Assembly: GCA_963682135.1 (NCBI GenBank)
Contig: OY821645.1
Coordinates: 1,088,001-1,152,000, forward strand
From: Methanothrix sp.
GTDB lineage: Archaea > Halobacteriota > Methanosarcinia > Methanotrichales > Methanotrichaceae
Direction: 5' to 3'
DNA length: 64,000 nt
The translations under genes were made by a program, and so were the position numbers. The notes beneath the pieces were generated by a model. That model was not told the DNA's origin, did not search any database, and saw only the letters and a program-made list of their open reading frames with translations. Below, piece after piece: positions 50,410 to 61,462 of the stretch (within the stretch, counting starts at the first letter, position 1; each line of letters starts with the position of its first letter).

Positions 50410-51384
50410 TCAGCACTCACATTTTTCGTCCAGATAAATGTAATACCTGATTGGATTTGCATCGTCAATGACGCCCTGATCTGCGGTTTTGATCCTGATG
50501 TCTCCCAACAATTCGGTATCTTTATTCTTGCTGAGCGCTATGCTGTTGTCCTTGTTGTCCATGACTATGGTATCGGCACTGACACTGGCGATCCTCATCT
50601 TGCCAAATTCGGTATCTATCTTGACCGGCGTTGGCGTATCGGAGATCTGCCATAATCCACTTACAGTAGCGACAGTTTGGTTTTGAATGGTTACCGCGTT
50701 CTTGAAGTGAACCGCAATTATGACCAATCCCTTCTGTTCACCCTCATCAGTTCTATAGAGGTAGGTCTTATCAGCCATTGTCGCACCATCTTTAGAGGGC
50801 ATCAAGACCTTCGAATCCACAACCGCATCATTTTTGATGAGATCAACGAGCATGCCATTGGTATCGATATATTTGACGGCCAGTACATAGCCCTCAGCCA
50901 GCATTAGAGGCTGGCTGGCAGTGATGGTCGTCTGCGTATCGCTATCCATCAATATTGTCTGGAGCTGCTCCTCTGTCAGGGGATTTTCGTCTGTGGACTC
51001 TCTGAATAGCACCTCATTCCAGTCATCAATATTTTCATTGTCAGTGTATCCAGCAAAGTACTTCTTGCCCAGGAAGCCTATGACATTGTATGTGCCCCAG
51101 TCCTCGAATTCAAAGTCATTCGCCTGGGCAGTTGTGGAGTAAACAACTCCATTGGGTTCCTCGAGCTTTTCATAGGTGATATAAGTGCTGATTCTTTCCG
51201 TGCCCAGATCTTTGTCGATATCATAATAGAACCCTGCGAAATTCTGGGCGTTCCATTCGAAGTCGCCATTAGCCACTTGACCGCGGACCTCTTTTGCATA
51301 TGTCGGTCCCGCCATGAACAATATTGCCAGCAGGATGACAGTGCATATCATACAATGAGATCTCAAATAAATTCCTCGATGCAT
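50410..51384 (-). CDS. S-layer domain protein (DUF1608, Methanosarcinales type)
   Basis: EVRG.V, WNAQNFAGFYYDID.DLGTE, GLWQISD, IRYYIY. Confidence 0.85.
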   Translation of the reverse strand: MHRGIYLRSHCMICTVILLAILFMAGPTYAKEVRGQVANGDFEWNAQNFAGFYYDIDKDLGTERISTYITYEKLEEPNGVVYSTTAQANDFEFEDWGTYNVIGFLGKKYFAGYTDNENIDDWNEVLFRESTDENPLTEEQLQTILMDSDTQTTITASQPLMLAEGYVLAVKYIDTNGMLVDLIKNDAVVDSKVLMPSKDGATMADKTYLYRTDEGEQKGLVIIAVHFKNAVTIQNQTVATVSGLWQISDTPTPVKIDTEFGKMRIASVSADTIVMDNKDNSIALSKNKDTELLGDIRIKTADQGVIDDANPIRYYIYLDEKCEC

Positions 51385-51499
51385 ATTATCCCGTTCAACA
51401 TATGAAAAGGTTTGCGTGGATACTGGATGGATTGAATTATCAAAAAGGGATTTTTATCACTTCTTCATTCAATTATGTTCTCGCAGTATTGAGTACGTC

Positions 51500-52117
51500 T
51501 TATCCCCAAAAACTCTTCTGAGAGATGTGGTGCTCGCCTTCACTGTCGTGCACGATGCATCTTCCTCCCTCTTTTGCCTCGCCCCTCTCAAAGTCCCGGT
51601 ATCTTTCCAGGAGATGGATGGCTTCCTGGATCTCGAAGAGATAGCGCTTAACTAGCTGCACTGCCAGCTCATCAGCCACTTCGGAACTGATCTTTGATCC
51701 CAGGCCCCGGCACTCCGAGTGCATCAAATTGCCGTTATCTAAATAGAAGGGGTAGGTGCGACAGAGCAAGGGCCGACTGGAATAGATATTGCACCGTTCA
51801 TCTTGATAAAATCGGCAGGATTCTCCCTCTTTTCTTAGCCTCCATTCCAGGGTATGAAAGCAGCCATCTCTATCCCACTCGCCTTCCTCCGGCGGGCAGA
51901 CAACCTCCAGCCACAAGAGGCCCGTGTCCGTCTGGATGCGCCTTATCTCCTCAGGAAAGACGACCACGCTGTTGTCCTCTCCCCGGCAGCATTCCCCGCA
52001 TCTCTGGCAGTGAAATCCCAACTCTCGTATCCGAGAGGCCAGCTCTGTCAAGGAGATCTCCTTTGCTGCCAAGAGGGCTTCCTTGAGCCCGGCAATCCTA
52101 TCTTGTAGATTGCTCAT
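51500..52117 (-). CDS. YkgJ family CxxCxxCC protein
   Basis: FHCQRCGECC, CRFY...C.IY..RPLLCRTYPF. Confidence 0.88.
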   Translation of the reverse strand: MSNLQDRIAGLKEALLAAKEISLTELASRIRELGFHCQRCGECCRGEDNSVVVFPEEIRRIQTDTGLLWLEVVCPPEEGEWDRDGCFHTLEWRLRKEGESCRFYQDERCNIYSSRPLLCRTYPFYLDNGNLMHSECRGLGSKISSEVADELAVQLVKRYLFEIQEAIHLLERYRDFERGEAKEGGRCIVHDSEGEHHISQKSFWG

Positions 52118-52659
52118 CTTTTGCACAGGGCGATAAAGTTGTCCAGAAGCTCTGGGCCGTATTCGGTGTGCACAACCTCGGGATGCCACTGCACGCCGTA
52201 GAGCGGTCTTGTCAGGTGCTTCATGGCCTCGATCTCGCAGACATTCGACCTGGCCAGAATCTCAAAGCCCTCGGGAAGCAGAGAGACCTGGTCCATGTGC
52301 GAGGCCCAGGTCTTGAAATTGGCAGGTAGGCCCCTTAAGATGTCATCTTCCTTGAGTATCTCTACATTTACCTCAGCGTATCCGCCCATGCTTCCGGCAA
52401 CCACTTTTCCTCCAAAGGTGGTGCCCATAAGCTGCATGCCCAGGCAAATACCCAGAATGGGGATATCAAGATCTCTCAGGTAATCCGCGCAGCGCCCGGC
52501 ACGCTCCAGGGTGGGACCTCCCCCCAGGATGAGGCCGTCAGCGTCAATCTTCTCCGGCTTAGTCTCATTGGAGATGAGGTCCGTCTCCACCTTTTCCCGA
52601 ATGGCGCGCCGGATAAGGTGATTGAACTGTCCATAGTTGTTGACCACAAGTATTCGCAT
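52114..52659 (-). CDS. guaAA: GMP synthase glutamine amidotransferase subunit A
   Basis: GQFNHLI, GICLGMQ, VQWHPEV. Confidence 0.9.
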   Translation of the reverse strand: MRILVVNNYGQFNHLIRRAIREKVETDLISNETKPEKIDADGLILGGGPTLERAGRCADYLRDLDIPILGICLGMQLMGTTFGGKVVAGSMGGYAEVNVEILKEDDILRGLPANFKTWASHMDQVSLLPEGFEILARSNVCEIEAMKHLTRPLYGVQWHPEVVHTEYGPELLDNFIALCKR

Positions 52660-52750
52660 TGTTCCATCTTGATGCATATTATAATGATATATCTTTTGGC
52701 GAAAGGCTTAGATTACTAATTTATATGAAAAATGATTCTAAGGTATATGT

Positions 52751-53257
52751 ATGACGCAACCTTTTGACAGCATACTGATTGGAGAAGCATTGGTAGGAGA
52801 GGGCCCGGAGATCGCCCATATCGATCTTGTAATCGGGCCGAAAGGCAGCTACGTAGAGCAGGCATTTGTTAATAGCCTGGCTTCGCCTGCAAAGGGGCAT
52901 ACTCCCTTGCTGGCGGTCTTGGAGCCCAACCTGCCTGCCAAGCCCGCCACCCTTATGGTAAACAAGGTCACCATCAAGGGCGCAAACCAGGCCATACTCA
53001 TATTCGGCCCTGCTCAGGCGGCTGTAGCCAAGGCCGTAATGGACTGCGTGGCAGAAGGGACTCTGCCCCAGGAGCTGGCAGAAGAGCTGAGAATAATTGT
53101 ATCCGTGTTCATAGAGTGGGATGCAAAAGACAAGAAAAAGGTCTACGAATATAACTATTCAGCCACAAAGCTGGCCATTGAGCGCGCTGTAGCCAAGAAT
53201 CCCAAGGTGTCGGAAATACTGGCCAAGAAAGACTCTGCGAAGCATCCCTTTGCTTAG
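52751..53257 (+). CDS. fae: Formaldehyde-activating enzyme (5,6,7,8-tetrahydromethanopterin hydro-lyase)
   Basis: [36 protein letters not shown]. Confidence 0.93.
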   Translation: MTQPFDSILIGEALVGEGPEIAHIDLVIGPKGSYVEQAFVNSLASPAKGHTPLLAVLEPNLPAKPATLMVNKVTIKGANQAILIFGPAQAAVAKAVMDCVAEGTLPQELAEELRIIVSVFIEWDAKDKKKVYEYNYSATKLAIERAVAKNPKVSEILAKKDSAKHPFA

Positions 53258-53481
53258 ACGAATATAAAAAATATTCCTCAGGCGAGGCACTGAGTGGCCA
53301 TGATGGTACCGCGGTGCCTCGTCGCAAAACTGGTTAATAGAGAATTCATATGAAATTGCCGATGGTGGCGGGGCGCTAATAAGTCATCAATGTGAAAAAA
53401 AGATTCATAAATGTCAGATCCAACTTTTTGTCATGAAATTTTCAGTAGCGAGTGGGATAATGAAGAAAGGAGAGTGAGGAT

Positions 53482-56400
53482 ATGAAAGAGATGGATAGCA
53501 AGAGCAAACGCAAGACCAAGCATAGCTGCAGGGATGTAATACTCGTCTTTGCAGTGCTAATGATAACAGGAGTGCTTCTGGCAGTAACCGCCTCAGCACA
53601 ATTCGATCAGCAATCGCCGGGAGCTTTGGGTCAGGGAGATTTATTCGCTCCGGATAACACGGGCGGCGCAAGCTCCAACCAGCAGCCAATGCTCACTGCC
53701 CTGGTGAGCGACAAATCCAGTCCCCAGGAAGCCGGCCTCTCCATAAAATGGACGGCCAACGCAGAGGACCCGGAAAATGATCCTCTGTCCTTCATATTCA
53801 AGCTAAAAGGACCATCTACGGGAGACGTTTGGAAGCCGGTAAACTCAGATCCCTCCGACAATACCTGGAAATGGGATACCAATCCAGAAGATGCCGGAAA
53901 TTACCAGATAAGCGTCTCGGTCAGGGATGAAATGCATGCCGGCCCCCAATTTACGCCGGACGAGAGAATAAGTGACTTTTCATTAACTGCCCCGCCGGTG
54001 CCAGAGGAAGCTCCCGTGCAGCCTGCGCCAGAGCCTTTGCCTGATGTGGCGGCCCAGCAAACTTATCAACCGCCTGCACAAGAGCAGCAAACTGCTGGGC
54101 AGGAGCCTGTTGCGCAGCCACAGGAAACAGTGCCTGCTAATCAGCCGCCCATCATGATCAGCTTGACACCGGATGCCGCCAGCCCTCAGGAAGCTGGAAT
54201 TGCCGTGACCTGGGAAGCGCAAGCCGATGACCAGGAAAGCGACAACTTGCAGTTCTTGTTCCTGCTGGACGATCAGCAGATATCTGATTGGCAATATCAA
54301 AATCAGTGGATCTGGTATACATCTGCTAATGAAATTGGAACACACCGCATAGAGGCAAGGGTTAGGGATGGGACACATAATACGGATGGCGATTCTTCCA
54401 AGAAGGCAAGTTTCACCATAAATAAGCCCAATGAGAAGCCAGTAATATCCGATCTGTCCTCAGATAAGCCCAGCCCCCAGGAGACGGGCAGCATTGTCAC
54501 CTGGACAGCTCAGGCCAGTGACCCAGAAAAAAATCCAATTTTATACAAATTCTTCTTGAATGGACTTCCTGCAACCGACTGGCAGTCCCGCAATGAGTGG
54601 GCCTGGACAGCAAGCGAGGGCGAAAACCAGATAGAAGTTCAGGTTAGAGACGGCAAACACGCTGAACAGGATGGATTTGATGACCAGAAGAGTGCGGCGT
54701 TCATCGTACTGCCTCCCAACCAAAAGCCTGCTATCATCAATTTCGGCCCAGACAAGCTCAGCCCTCAGGTGACCGGTTCGACTATCACCTGGACCGTGGA
54801 ATCCATGGATGCAGATGATGATCCCCTGCAATTCCAGTTCGCTTTAGACGGACAGGCAATGCAGGACTGGTCTGACAGCCCCGTCTGGATATGGACTGCG
54901 ACTAAAGAGCAGGTGGGAGCGCACGTCGTTGCTGCCAATGTCCGGGATGGAAAGCATAATGCAGACGGAGACGCCGCCGCCAGCGCCAACTTCGAGATTG
55001 TCCTTCCGCCCAACAAGGCTCCGGTGATGAGCAGTCTCTCGGCAGACAAAGAGAGCCCGCAGGTGACGGGCAGCGTGATCACCTGGACCGCATCAGCATC
55101 AGATACCGAGACAGATCCCCTGCAATTCCAGTTCGCTTTGGACGGACAGGCAATGCAGGACTGGTCTGACAGCCCCGTCTGGATATGGACTGCGACTAAA
55201 GAGCAGGTGGGAGCGCACGTCGTTGCTGCCAATGTCCGGGATGGAAAGCATAATCCCGAGGGAGACGCCGCCGCCAGCGCCAACTTTGAGATTGTTCTTC
55301 CGCCCAACAAGGCTCCGGTGATGAGCAGTCTCTCGGCTGACAAAGAGAGCCCGCAGGTGACGGGCAGCGTGATCACCTGGACCGCATCAGCATCAGATAC
55401 CGAGACAGATCCCCTGCAATTCCAGTTCGCTTTGGACGGACAGGTAATGCAGGACTGGTCTGACAGCCCCGTCTGGATTTGGACCGCGACTAAAGAGCAG
55501 GCGGGAGCGCATGTCGTTGCTGCCAATGTCCGGGATGGAAAGCATAATTCCGAGGGTGACAGCACTGCCAGCGCCAACTTTGAGATTGTTCTTCCGCCCA
55601 ACAAGGCTCCGGTGATGAGCAGTCTCTCGGCTGACAAAGAGAGCCCGCAGGTGACGGGCAGCGTGATCACCTGGACCGCATCAGCGTCCGATACCGAGAC
55701 AGATCCCCTGCAATTCCAGTTCATCCTGGATGGACAGGTAGCGGCAGACTGGTCGGATAGCCCCGTCTGGATCTGGACTGCGACTAAAGAGCAGGCCGGA
55801 GCGCACGTCGTTGTTGCCAATGTCCGGGATGGAAAGCATAATCCCGAGGGAGACGCCGCCGCCAGCGCCAACTTTGAGATTGTCCTTCCAGCCAACAACG
55901 CTCCGGTAATGAGAAGTCTCACGGCTGACAAAGAGAGCCCGCAGGTGACGGGTAGCGTGATCACCTGGACCGCATCAGCATCAGATACCGAAAGTGATCC
56001 AATTAGCTATCGCTTCCTGGTTAACGGCACGCCTGCCACCGACTGGCAAGCAGAGAATACGTTGACCTGGACTGCTATGCAGCCTGGTACCAGCCAGATC
56101 ATGGCGCAGGCAAAAGACAGCCAGCATGACGGACCGCAAGGCGAAGCCGGCAACATGAGCAGCGACTTTTCCATAATTGCCCCTGCGCCGGTAGTTGAGC
56201 CTGTGATAACCGAGGTCGTGCCTGCTGTTGTCGTGCCGGCCAAGCTCAATGAATCGCCGGCACTTGACGGCTTGACTGCCGACAGTATTAGCCCGCAGCT
56301 ATTGGGAACCTCAGTTACCTGGACCGCATCGGCATCCGATGCCGAGAATGATCCAATTAGCTATCGCTTCCTGGTCAACGGCACGCCTGCCGCCGACTGG

Positions 56401-59400
56401 CAATCTGAGGACCAGTGGACCTGGACTGCTATGCAGCCCGGTACCAGCCAGATCATGGCGCAGGTAAAAGACAGCCAGCATGACGGACCGCAAGGCGAAG
56501 CCGGCAACATGAGCAGCGACTTTTCCATTATCGCGCCAGCACCGGTAGTTGAGCCTGCTGCGGTTGAAAATGAAAACGCGCCGCAAGAGAATAAGACAGA
56601 ACCTGCTGTGGAGAACGTAGTTCCTCCTGTGGCAGGGGACATAACCACACCAGTAGCACCGGAAAATGGGACGCCGCAGCAAACCGTCAATGAGAGTGTT
56701 GCTGTGACGATTGCGCCGGAGACGGTTGTACCTCCCGCGGAAGAGAACATTACCACGCCCATTGCTCCTGAGAATGCGACGCCACAGCAGCCTGTCGATG
56801 AAACGAAGCCAGCAGAGCCTGTGATTCCTGCGGCTGTGAACCAGACACCCGTCTTGAATTCTCTGACCGCGGATGTCACCAGCCCCCAGATTCCCGGCAC
56901 CACCATAACCTGGACTGCTAACGCCACCGATGCAGATCAAGACCCGCTGTCCTTCCGCTTCTTCCACAGTGGACCGGCTACAAGCGGAGCCTGGCAGCCT
57001 GTAACTGAGTGGAGCGCTGCCGGCACCTGGACTCAGACGACATCCCCCACGGATGCGGGTGAAAACCAGGTCAAGGCCCAGGTAAGAGATGGAAAGCATG
57101 CGACTGAAGAAGGCTTTGACAGCGAGCTGTCAGCATTCATTACCATCAGCGAGCCTGCTCGAAACATCTCCGGCATAGCTTATGAAGATAAGAACGGCAA
57201 CTCACTCCTTGATAGCGGCGAGGCCCTCTCCGGCTGGACAATCCATCTTACCGGGCCAAACGGAGAGGTCAGCGCCTTAACTGCTGAGGACGGATCCTAC
57301 CGTTTCGAGAACCTCAAGGTGGGAAGCTACACAGTCGCCGAGACACTGCCCTCCGGTTGGAAGGCAATCAATCCCGATAGCGGATCTTATAGCGTTGATC
57401 TGTCGCAGGGCGATGCAGCAGACAAGAACTTCGCCAATAAGCTGACATCTTACAGCATATCCGGCATGAAGTATAACGACCTTAACGGCAATGGGGTCAA
57501 CGACGGCGAACCAGGAATGGAGAACTGGAAGATCACACTCTCCGGAACAACAGAGAGCAATGAGGCTGTGCAAAAGGAATTGACAACCGCAGCGGACGGA
57601 TCTTACAGGTTTGAGACTCTCCAGCCCGCAACCTATACCATCACAGAGGCCGAGCAGTCCGGCTGGGTCAGGACCGCACCCCAAGAAGGATCTTATTCGG
57701 TTGTTCTGGTGGATGCCGATGTGACCGGCAAAGACTTTGGCAACCACGGGTCCTGGTCCATCTCAGGAGCCAGTTTTAACGACCTGAACGGAAATGGTGT
57801 TAGGGATGGAGATGATGCTGCTCTTGGCAACTGGAATATTCAGATCGCCAAAGATGGCAGCATCATCAATGCCACGACCACCGGCCTGGACGGATCTTAC
57901 GCCTTCAAGAACCTGCCGCCCGGCAAATACACAGTAAGCGAAGTTGTGCAGGATGGATGGACCCAGACTCTGCCTCAGGGATCTTACAGCATCGATCTAT
58001 TGGATGCAGATGTCTCCGGAAAGGATTTCGGCAACAAGGGCAACCTGTCCATCACGGGCAAGAAGTTCTATGATGCCAACGGCAATGGAGTGCAGGACGA
58101 GAACGAGCCTGGTCTTCCCGGACAGGAAGTCAAATTGGTGGAGAACGGCAAAGAGCTCGCCAGCGTGACCACAGACCAGGACGGCAGCTATACCTTCAGC
58201 AACCTGGTGCCTGGGACCTACGAGGTAGATGACCCCATACAGGTTATTGTGACAACGCAGGTTCATGCCGTGGTGAACGTTCCCGCAATCAGTCCCAATA
58301 TCATCTCCGGAATGAAGTTCAACGATCTGAACGGCAATGGAGTAAAGGATGCAGGGGAGAGCGGCATCGCCAATTGGGAGATCGATCTGGTTTACGTAGT
58401 TCCCGGCCCGGCTACTGATATTCTGATGGCCCAGGCCAATACGGATGCCAATGGAGCCTACAAGTTCATCAACATCCCACCCGGCAACTACGAGATCAAA
58501 GAGCTGGCCAGACAGGGCTGGTATGCGACTACACCGACGGTCCGCTCTGTTCACATACCCGGCAGCTCCAGCAACCAGGATTTCGGCAATAAGCTGGCCA
58601 CACAGCCATCTAAGGGCTCGATCTTTGGGTTGAAATTCAACGATCTCAACGGAAATGGTGTCAAGGATAGTGGTGAACCAGGTCTTTCCGGCTGGACCAT
58701 TGAACTGAAGAACGCCACGACCCTGGCCGTTTTAAATACTACAAACACAGTATCAGACGGCTCCTATGCTTTCCTGAACATCACTCCTGCAAACTATGTT
58801 GTAAGCGAAGTAGCAAAGCCCGGCTGGACTCAGACCAAGCCGCCCGCAGGTCCTGGCGGACAGGTCTACTCCTTTGCTCTGGCTGCAGGGGAGAATAAGC
58901 AGGGAATCGACTTTGGTAACCGCAACAACAACCTGCCGCCCACCAACCCCACGCTGGTCTCAAACCTGGCCAGCCCGCGGATGGCAGGCACGCCCATAAT
59001 CTGGACCGCTGGTGCCAATGATCCCGAAGGAGATACCCTGAAGTTCAGATTTATTGTGCGCGGACCGGCTCCGTCCACTGCCGTAAGGGCCGACACCGGA
59101 TACTCTGAGAGCAACGTCTGGACGTGGAGCACCGTAGGATATGTACCGGGAACCTATCAGATTGATGTTTGGATAAGAGACGGCAATCATGCCGGACCAT
59201 CAGGCTTTGACATCATGAAGACGGTTTCCTTCAAACTCACCAGTGCCAACCAACCGCCACACGTCGACATGCTGTTCTCCGACCGGCCTGCTCCTCAGTT
59301 TGTAGGAAGCTGGATTAAGTGGACAGCACTGGCATCTGATCCGAATGGCGATCCACTGCAGTACAAGTTCTACCTGCGCGGGCCTTCGACTAACGGGTTC

Positions 59401-60879
59401 TGGATGGACCAGACCGGCTGGGGCAAGAACAATCGCTGGATCTGGAGAACCAATCCAATGGATGTCGGCTACAGTGAGGTGCTGGTGGCGGTTTCGGACG
59501 GCAGTCATGCCGGACCGGGTGGCTCAGACGATTACGAGATAGCATCCTTTGCCATTGTCAACCAGAATCTTCCGCCGGTAATCACCGGTCTGGCCAGCAA
59601 TGTGCATAGCCCCCAGCCCATAGGTGCCACAGTATGGTGGAAGGCATCCGCCATGGATCAGGAAGGAAACCCTGTGTTCTATAGGTACTGGCTGAAGGGA
59701 GCTGCTACCGGAGGATCCTGGAGGATCGTGCGGGACTGGTCTACCGACCCGACCTGGGTTTGGCCCACCTCGCCTGCTGACGCAGGAACAAGCGAGATTC
59801 AGGTGCAGGTGAGGGACGGACTGCACTCCAGCCCGTCCGGATGGGATGATGATGCCGGAGCACTGTTCACCGTGCTTAGGCAAAACCAGCCGCCAGTTCT
59901 CGTCTCCTTGACGGCGGATAAAGCCGGCTCACAAGCTGCCGGCACGCCCATAAGGTGGACGGCAATCGCCTCGGATCCGGATAGAGAGCCGATATTCTAC
60001 AAATTCTGGCTGAAGGGTCCGTCGACCGCAGGTGCCTGGAAGGTAGCTCAGGATTGGTCGACAAAGAACCAGTGGACCTGGACCAGTTCCGGCTATGATG
60101 TGGGGGCTTATACCGTCTATGTCTACGCCCGGGATGGAAAGCACAATCCTGCAACCGGTTACGATAGTGCACTGGGGGCATCTTATCAGCTTATGGTCAA
60201 TTTGCTTCCCAAGCTGACGACTCTTGCTTCCGACAAAAAGAGCCCACAAAGTGCCGGAGCGACTGTGAAATGGACGGCAACAGCCACTGATGCCAATAAA
60301 GATCCGATACTCTACCGGTTCTGGCTGAAGGGCCCGTCGACCGGCGGCGCCTGGAAGGTAGCCCAGGATTGGTCGACAAAGAACCAGTGGACCTGGACCA
60401 GTTCCGGCAGCGACAGCGGAGATTACACCGTCTACGTCTATGTTCGAGACGGATTGCATAGTCCTGCAACCGGTTACGATAGCGCACTGGGGGCAATGTA
60501 TCAACTCACGCCCAATATGCCGCCTCAGCTTACGACTCTTATTTCCGACAAGAAGAGTCCGCAAAGCGCAGGAACGACAGTGAAGTGGACGGCAACGGCC
60601 ACGGATGTCAATAAAGATCCGATACTCTACCGGTTCTGGCTGATGGGCCCGTCGACCGGCGGCGCCTGGAAGGTAGCCCAGGATTGGTCGACAAAGAACC
60701 AGTGGACCTGGAGCAATGCACCAACCGACGCCGGCAACTACAAGGTTTTTGTCTATGCCAGGGATGGCAAGCACGCCCCGGCAACCGGCTATGATAGCGC
60801 AGTAGGTCAAGACTATGCGCTTTTCAATCAGGTGGTGAGCAATAAGGCAGTGAGCAGGGTGGTCGTTGTAAAAAGATAG
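53482..60879 (+). CDS. 2465-aa secreted surface protein: 16 Ig-like SPQ..G..WTA.A.D...RDG.H repeats and 6 SdrD-B-like repeats
   Basis: Signal peptide; repeats counted by eye; ISG.K.ND.NGNG..D.GE SdrD-B/Cna-B signature. Confidence 0.85.
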   Translation: MKEMDSKSKRKTKHSCRDVILVFAVLMITGVLLAVTASAQFDQQSPGALGQGDLFAPDNTGGASSNQQPMLTALVSDKSSPQEAGLSIKWTANAEDPENDPLSFIFKLKGPSTGDVWKPVNSDPSDNTWKWDTNPEDAGNYQISVSVRDEMHAGPQFTPDERISDFSLTAPPVPEEAPVQPAPEPLPDVAAQQTYQPPAQEQQTAGQEPVAQPQETVPANQPPIMISLTPDAASPQEAGIAVTWEAQADDQESDNLQFLFLLDDQQISDWQYQNQWIWYTSANEIGTHRIEARVRDGTHNTDGDSSKKASFTINKPNEKPVISDLSSDKPSPQETGSIVTWTAQASDPEKNPILYKFFLNGLPATDWQSRNEWAWTASEGENQIEVQVRDGKHAEQDGFDDQKSAAFIVLPPNQKPAIINFGPDKLSPQVTGSTITWTVESMDADDDPLQFQFALDGQAMQDWSDSPVWIWTATKEQVGAHVVAANVRDGKHNADGDAAASANFEIVLPPNKAPVMSSLSADKESPQVTGSVITWTASASDTETDPLQFQFALDGQAMQDWSDSPVWIWTATKEQVGAHVVAANVRDGKHNPEGDAAASANFEIVLPPNKAPVMSSLSADKESPQVTGSVITWTASASDTETDPLQFQFALDGQVMQDWSDSPVWIWTATKEQAGAHVVAANVRDGKHNSEGDSTASANFEIVLPPNKAPVMSSLSADKESPQVTGSVITWTASASDTETDPLQFQFILDGQVAADWSDSPVWIWTATKEQAGAHVVVANVRDGKHNPEGDAAASANFEIVLPANNAPVMRSLTADKESPQVTGSVITWTASASDTESDPISYRFLVNGTPATDWQAENTLTWTAMQPGTSQIMAQAKDSQHDGPQGEAGNMSSDFSIIAPAPVVEPVITEVVPAVVVPAKLNESPALDGLTADSISPQLLGTSVTWTASASDAENDPISYRFLVNGTPAADWQSEDQWTWTAMQPGTSQIMAQVKDSQHDGPQGEAGNMSSDFSIIAPAPVVEPAAVENENAPQENKTEPAVENVVPPVAGDITTPVAPENGTPQQTVNESVAVTIAPETVVPPAEENITTPIAPENATPQQPVDETKPAEPVIPAAVNQTPVLNSLTADVTSPQIPGTTITWTANATDADQDPLSFRFFHSGPATSGAWQPVTEWSAAGTWTQTTSPTDAGENQVKAQVRDGKHATEEGFDSELSAFITISEPARNISGIAYEDKNGNSLLDSGEALSGWTIHLTGPNGEVSALTAEDGSYRFENLKVGSYTVAETLPSGWKAINPDSGSYSVDLSQGDAADKNFANKLTSYSISGMKYNDLNGNGVNDGEPGMENWKITLSGTTESNEAVQKELTTAADGSYRFETLQPATYTITEAEQSGWVRTAPQEGSYSVVLVDADVTGKDFGNHGSWSISGASFNDLNGNGVRDGDDAALGNWNIQIAKDGSIINATTTGLDGSYAFKNLPPGKYTVSEVVQDGWTQTLPQGSYSIDLLDADVSGKDFGNKGNLSITGKKFYDANGNGVQDENEPGLPGQEVKLVENGKELASVTTDQDGSYTFSNLVPGTYEVDDPIQVIVTTQVHAVVNVPAISPNIISGMKFNDLNGNGVKDAGESGIANWEIDLVYVVPGPATDILMAQANTDANGAYKFINIPPGNYEIKELARQGWYATTPTVRSVHIPGSSSNQDFGNKLATQPSKGSIFGLKFNDLNGNGVKDSGEPGLSGWTIELKNATTLAVLNTTNTVSDGSYAFLNITPANYVVSEVAKPGWTQTKPPAGPGGQVYSFALAAGENKQGIDFGNRNNNLPPTNPTLVSNLASPRMAGTPIIWTAGANDPEGDTLKFRFIVRGPAPSTAVRADTGYSESNVWTWSTVGYVPGTYQIDVWIRDGNHAGPSGFDIMKTVSFKLTSANQPPHVDMLFSDRPAPQFVGSWIKWTALASDPNGDPLQYKFYLRGPSTNGFWMDQTGWGKNNRWIWRTNPMDVGYSEVLVAVSDGSHAGPGGSDDYEIASFAIVNQNLPPVITGLASNVHSPQPIGATVWWKASAMDQEGNPVFYRYWLKGAATGGSWRIVRDWSTDPTWVWPTSPADAGTSEIQVQVRDGLHSSPSGWDDDAGALFTVLRQNQPPVLVSLTADKAGSQAAGTPIRWTAIASDPDREPIFYKFWLKGPSTAGAWKVAQDWSTKNQWTWTSSGYDVGAYTVYVYARDGKHNPATGYDSALGASYQLMVNLLPKLTTLASDKKSPQSAGATVKWTATATDANKDPILYRFWLKGPSTGGAWKVAQDWSTKNQWTWTSSGSDSGDYTVYVYVRDGLHSPATGYDSALGAMYQLTPNMPPQLTTLISDKKSPQSAGTTVKWTATATDVNKDPILYRFWLMGPSTGGAWKVAQDWSTKNQWTWSNAPTDAGNYKVFVYARDGKHAPATGYDSAVGQDYALFNQVVSNKAVSRVVVVKR
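54820..55990 (+). repeat. Near-identical 294-bp tandem repeats inside surface protein
   Basis: CCGGT(G/A)ATGAG at 55021, 55315, 55609, 55903. Confidence 0.9.
59880..60810 (+). repeat. 315-bp tandem repeats inside surface protein
   Basis: TTCTGGCTGA(A/T)GGG recurs after 60001, 60316, 60631. Confidence 0.88.
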
Positions 60880-60932
60880 CGAGATAGACCATGATGAATG
60901 AAGCGTAACGCATCGCCAAGAAATATGTACGC

Positions 60933-60970
60933 GAGACGGGTTTTGGTTCTGCCCGTCTCATCTCTTTTTC
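60933..60970 (+). terminator. Hairpin plus T-tract after surface protein gene
   Basis: GAGACGGG...CCCGTCTC followed by TCTTTTT. Confidence 0.5.
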
Positions 60971-61009
60971 CAACAGGTTTAAATCCAACGGATGTCTGGG
61001 GGAGAAACT

Positions 61010-61408
61010 ATGATGAAATATACGATAGCTTTGGCTGTGCTCATGATGCTGGCCGGCACCTGCCTGGCAACGATGTGGACTTACGATGATCCCATGTTCT
61101 TCCAGATGAACTATCCTGTAAAGACGGGAACATTCGCACCAGCGGACATATCCATTCTGGAAATCTTAGATGCTCCCTATTTCCCGCTACTCGGGCAGAG
61201 CTTCTACTACAATGCCATTCCCTTTAAACTCAGCAACAGTACCAATGCCATCCAAATCGGCAGCAAGGCTCCCGCATCCATGTCTCCCGTCCAGGTAACC
61301 TTTGGCGGACATCTGGAAGATAACCTTAAGTATGCGCAGAGCAAGTCCTCGCTGAAGATCGGTTCGCAAGGTTCCTGGGGCACCTTAAATACTCCGGGAG
61401 TGCTTTAG
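61010..61408 (+). CDS. Secreted hypothetical protein, paralogous motifs with 29819-30553
   Basis: Signal peptide; DPMF, YFPLLG..F, YAQSKSS. Confidence 0.6.
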   Translation: MMKYTIALAVLMMLAGTCLATMWTYDDPMFFQMNYPVKTGTFAPADISILEILDAPYFPLLGQSFYYNAIPFKLSNSTNAIQIGSKAPASMSPVQVTFGGHLEDNLKYAQSKSSLKIGSQGSWGTLNTPGVL

Positions 61409-61462
61409 AATATATAATTGAGCGGCCAAGACAGTAACCGTTCCGATAGCTCATTTTTTTCA

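Noticed and set aside
54765-55964. 399-aa repetitive Cys-containing antisense ORF
   Set aside because: Reverse-frame shadow of the 294-bp repeats
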